From positions 124,001-188,000 of the forward strand of contig OZ237749.1 in NCBI GenBank assembly GCA_965178125.1: a stretch of 64,000 bases of DNA, in the 5' to 3' direction. Shown here piece by piece: positions 59,981-64,000 of the stretch. The stretch comes from Bilabrum cf. latius. Lineage: Eukaryota. Under the pieces are notes generated by a model, which was not told the origin of the DNA, made no database searches, and saw only the letters and a program-made list of their open reading frames with translations. How positions within the stretch are numbered: the first letter of the stretch is position 1; the number at the start of each line of letters is the position of its first letter. A program made the position numbers and the translations under genes.

Positions 59981-62900
59981 TCACGAAAGCTCAACGATCT
60001 TTGGCCGGATCCCGATTCGCACCCCTCTCGTTGCTCCGAGATTGCTCACTTCCTTGCTCAGCAGTTCCTGCATTTTGCCCACGCACGAGCGGGCATGGCC
60101 TCGCACTACTAGATCCTTGTCCTACTCCGCAGTCGTGGACGCAAGCCGCTGCACTCGCAGCAGCAAAGCCGCTAGGCTCTCCGTCAGCCTTCCCACAGGA
60201 ATCGCTTCAATCAGCCGAAACAGCAGATAGACGGCTGCCCTGCGCAGCTTCGATTCGGCTAATCGCACAGCACGAGGGACCTCGGTGGAACCAGTCGCAG
60301 GGCCCTCATCGCCCTGCATTCTCCCGCTGCTGCCGTCCCGGCCTTGCGTGCCTACTGCTGCACTCTCACTTACTGTGCCTACAAGCACCGAAGCGGCCCC
60401 ACCTACACAATCCTCCAGCAGCGAGACGGAGTGAGCGTGCCCGCCGGCAACGGTTAGAGCATACACTATGTCTGCCGCGGCCGTCAAGCCAGAAGCCCTA
60501 AACTCTTGCCATTCCACGCGCATTCGCAGCTCGGCTGCTGAGATTTGCGCGGCTGCCTCTCCACCACTCCCGCTCCCAGCTGTGACTTTGCTCCCTTGAG
60601 CAGCACCTCCCGCCGACGTCACCGCGCGTGGCTGCTCGGCTTCGAGAACGCATTTCTCGCCGCTTGGCTGGTCATCCCGTTCTACTGAATTGCTGGCCAA
60701 TCTGTGCAGGACAGCGCGAGACACAGCAGTGGATCCAGTCGGGGCCACAAAGCTACTTCTAGGATCCAGCGCTGCCTGAACCAGAGCAGCCCCGCCTTCT
60801 ACAACCGCGACACTATCGCCAGCCAGGTCTTGCAAGACGGCCCCCTTTGGCTGCTTCACACCAGATACACCTGAAGCTGAAGGTTCGACCTCCCCGTCCT
60901 CGGACTCTGACGCAGCGAACCACAGACATGCGTCCATTGGCGGAAGCTCTGGACCACAGCCAGCCTTCATGCATGCACCAAGCACACCGCGGGCATAGGC
61001 CGGCAGCAGCTCGCCTGCCCGCCCTGCCACCTTGATGAGCGCCAAGAAGAGCCTGGTGCGTGCTTTGATCGGGCGATCGTGCTCCATCGCGAGCTTGGCA
61101 AGCAGTGGCACCATTTGCTTTGGCGCGCGTCTTGCGGCTGCCTCGAGCAGGGCTACAGCAGCCAGGTGCACGTACGAGTCCTCGGCGGCCAAATGAGCAC
61201 ACGCCAGCCTCACGATTCGGCCCAGTAGTCCTTCAACCGGGGCCAGCAATGTCCTTGCTTCTGCCTCGGACATGCTGCGGAACGCATCGGCAATCACCTG
61301 GAGGCCACCGCCTTGCATGGCAGGCGATGGGTCTACCAGCATGCCCACACCCTGTCTCAAAGCAGCCTTGAACTCGCTGGCCATTTGCTCCTGTTCTGCT
61401 TTGCTATGCGAGGCGCCTGCATCCGCTACTCCTGTGGCATGCGAACCTATCGGCCGTGTAGGTGCTGCGCCAGCCGACAGCAGCCCGGCCACAGTCGTAG
61501 CCACCAATTCACGGATGGTCGCCGCAACCCCTTGTGCTGCTTCCTCTTCATCGCTTCCGATCTTGCCTTCACCACTGACCTGTGCATCCTCACGAGCGTG
61601 CAGCTTCACTTGCAGCGGTAGCAGGGTATCGACAGCTTGCTGGAGCCAAGGCATGCTCTTCGATGCAGCACTATCGGCGGATGAGCTGACACCCACAGAC
61701 TGCTCTGTGTTACCACGATCAGAGTCTGTTCCTGTTATAAGCATCTTACCGAACACATTTGTCACCCCTTTCAGCAGCTCGCAGGCACCAAGGAACAGAG
61801 GGAGGCAACTGGCACCAACACTATCCTCGATGTTTGAGCCGAGCTTGCCCGCGGCGCCTTCCCCAACTGCGACCCGACGCACGGCATCCGATGTGTATGC
61901 AAGCACATCTGCTGCAAATCTAACAACCCCCACCAAATCTCCCTCGATTGCAGCTGGGCCCAGAGTCCCCATCAGCTCGACAAGGAACTGCATGGCCACG
62001 TCCTCGCCGATATCAGCTGGATGCATGCTGCTCGTCAGCAACGGCCCTGTGCTGCTTTCAGGTTGGTGTGTGCGTGCATCAGTTGCAACCTTTAAAATTG
62101 CCCCCAGCGCAATCCCAGGCAGGCCTGCCTCGATCAGCGAAGTGTCGCGCAAGATCACCGCGGCTTCGTCTGCAACTGTAGCGACCATGCCGGAGCTGGA
62201 CGACGACCGAGATTCAGCTTGCTGTTGCTATCCAGCGGCTGCTGGAATCGATACTCCATCTCGGACAATTGTGAGCCGCTACAATTCAGCAATTCCCCGA
62301 CTTCCCGCATCGTCCTGGTCAAATTTGGTCTGGTCTGTACCAGTGCATGCGATAGTCGCAGCAATTAAGCATTGCTGTACGAAGGCCTCGCCTGCCACAT
62401 GCCCTCCAGCGCGCAAAAACACTCGCACAGCACGTCTCAACGACTCTAAGGAAGCTAAACTAGACTCTTGTCCGCCATGATCCCCCACCTAAAGCTCCAG
62501 GAGATGCGCGCTTCCGGCAGCGGCTAGGCATGCTGCAGCACCCGGATGTAGAGACGCGTGGTTCGCGAGAACTGACAAGGTATTGTGCAGTGGCCACAGC
62601 TGTTCGCTAATGGCGACTGGTGCAGGTGCATCTGATGGTGCCTGGTGCGCCTCGGAGCTCAAGGATCCTTTCCAAGCCGCCACAGCTGCTTTTAGTGCGA
62701 GCCTGCTTCCATTGCCCCAGCAGCGCGAGGCGGCAAGGAGCAGACGCAGCTTGAACTGCCGTGATCTCATTGAGCGATCACGATCCAACCCTGCTCGAAC
62801 GCCCGCAATAGGAAGAATGAGCTGCATAGCAACGCGCACACTAGCAGCCGCACTCAGCCCGACAGATGCCATCCGATCCCCCGAAGCCCTTCCCCCAGCA

Positions 62901-64000
62901 GGTCCACCGGCAGGCGAGGGTGTTGGCGTCGGTGCCAACGCGTCCATCAGATGCAGCGCAACCCGTGATGCGATCATGAATTTAGGGTCATTCTGTAGAA
63001 TCTGCGCAGTCTGATCCCCTTGCCCTTCCTGACCACTCTCCTGGCCACTGGCACTGGAGCTGCCAACAGCAGCAGCAGCACCAGAGGCAGCAGCTGGGTC
63101 TTGTCCACCGCTGGCAACCGATTGTCTGCTGCCATTGGATAGCAGCACCATGGCTTGGGAAGCGACGCTTGCAACGTATGAAGGCTAATCGACAGTAAAC
63201 TCAGACGGCGGACCCCCCAGCGACTTGGTCCATACTCCCGGCCCGCCCAGTGCCACCGACTTGGCCAATCCCTCGGCTGATTTGAGCAGTGCGTCGGGCC
63301 TGAGCCCCTCAAGGGTGGACAGGCTGGCTGCTCCCAGTCCACCGGGGCCTGAGACCGTCCATCGGACTACTGATTGGGCTAGCCTTCCGTAGCACCTCGC
63401 GGCTGCGAATGCCTGTCGCTGCTGGTGCGTGCTGCGGCCCCTTTGAGGCACGCTCGGGCTTCCCACCGGGAGGGCCTGGAAGGCTGCGTGCGATCGCATG
63501 CCGGGGTCGCAGCGGAGGAGCATATGTCTTAGCTTCTGGCATGGAGAGTCCTCGCGATCCGTTCCATGGCGCGCGGCAACCCGCTCTGCTGCGTCAATTC
63601 GCTGCCAAGTCTCAGAGATGAGCAATGCCCTGACCGCGTCGGGCAGCACGGTCTTGGTAAACGACCTTTCCGGACAATTAGACACGGCAGATATGATAGC
63701 TTCGATGGTTTGATTTAAGCAATACTGCCTGTGACTTGCAGTTGTCTTTGGTGCAGCAAATGGGAAGCAGCTCTCTCGAAACCTCTGCAGCCGGGCATGC
63801 TTCCACCCTATCTTTGCTGCTGATGGCCGCTTGGTGAAGGCAGGAACAGCGCGTAGTGGAGCATTCACGTACACACATAGCAGCCACATGCAGTCCAATA
63901 CGAATATGCATGACTGCAAGGCAGTGATGTTGATACCAGTTGAGCCATCACCCTTGCGTTGTACCACAGCGGCACTGAGAGCTTCTGCAGAAGTTCTGCA
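59981..64000 (-). CDS. TANGO6: TANGO6 / Rtp1-family HEAT-repeat protein, 5'-truncated by the window edge; 5 in-frame TAGs
   Basis: RTP1_C1-like LVDPSPAMQGGGL..EDSYVHLAAV, FRASGL, LRRAAVYLL and the terminal E*DKDLVVRGHA motif. TAGs at 63185, 62489, 62279, 62228 and 60122. Ends at TGA 59981. Confidence 0.75.

Noticed and set aside
1-64000. Mass pseudogenisation or C-to-T deamination as the cause of in-frame TAG
   Set aside because: It would also create TAA (from CAA), TGA (from CGA/TGG) and frameshifts. These are essentially absent, and catalytic motifs are intact.
1-64000. Pyrrolysine, leaky readthrough, or A-to-I editing (UAG to UGG, Trp)
   Set aside because: Up to 20 TAGs per gene, in Gln-like hydrophilic contexts and with no shared downstream context I could see, fit none of these. 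Pyrrolysine is not known in eukaryotes.

Overview
A gene-dense, GC-rich, intron-poor eukaryotic (protist) nuclear region with about 23 compactly packed protein genes and a few GT-AG introns of 95-466 nt. A stramenopile-like origin is my impression only. The main result is a non-standard nuclear genetic code: TAG is read as an amino acid, most likely Gln, while TAA and TGA remain stops. The fragmented ORF track collapses into long single-frame genes when TAG is read through. I count about 80 in-frame TAGs in about 18 genes by hand, some inside conserved domains (myosin MyTH4, UBE2T, mitochondrial TrpRS, CLU, DNAJC17, TANGO6, EF-hand). Every reconstructed gene ends in TGA or TAA. Recognisable genes: CLU-domain protein (frameshifted), MyTH4-FERM myosin, UBE2T-like E2, NCA2/DGS1, a giant DENN protein, mitochondrial TrpRS, FHA-F-box-LRR protein, ATP23, a histone H3 variant, an EF-hand protein, a degenerate-ARD/MtnB/MtnC fusion, DNAJC17 and TANGO6/Rtp1. 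A second signal is an exact 12-mer, GTGTGACGAGTG, dispersed inside coding exons in different frames and strands. I saw no rRNA, tRNA, CRISPR array or clear transposase/RT. Gene models, intron boundaries and counts were made by hand, and family assignments come from remembered motifs, not database searches.
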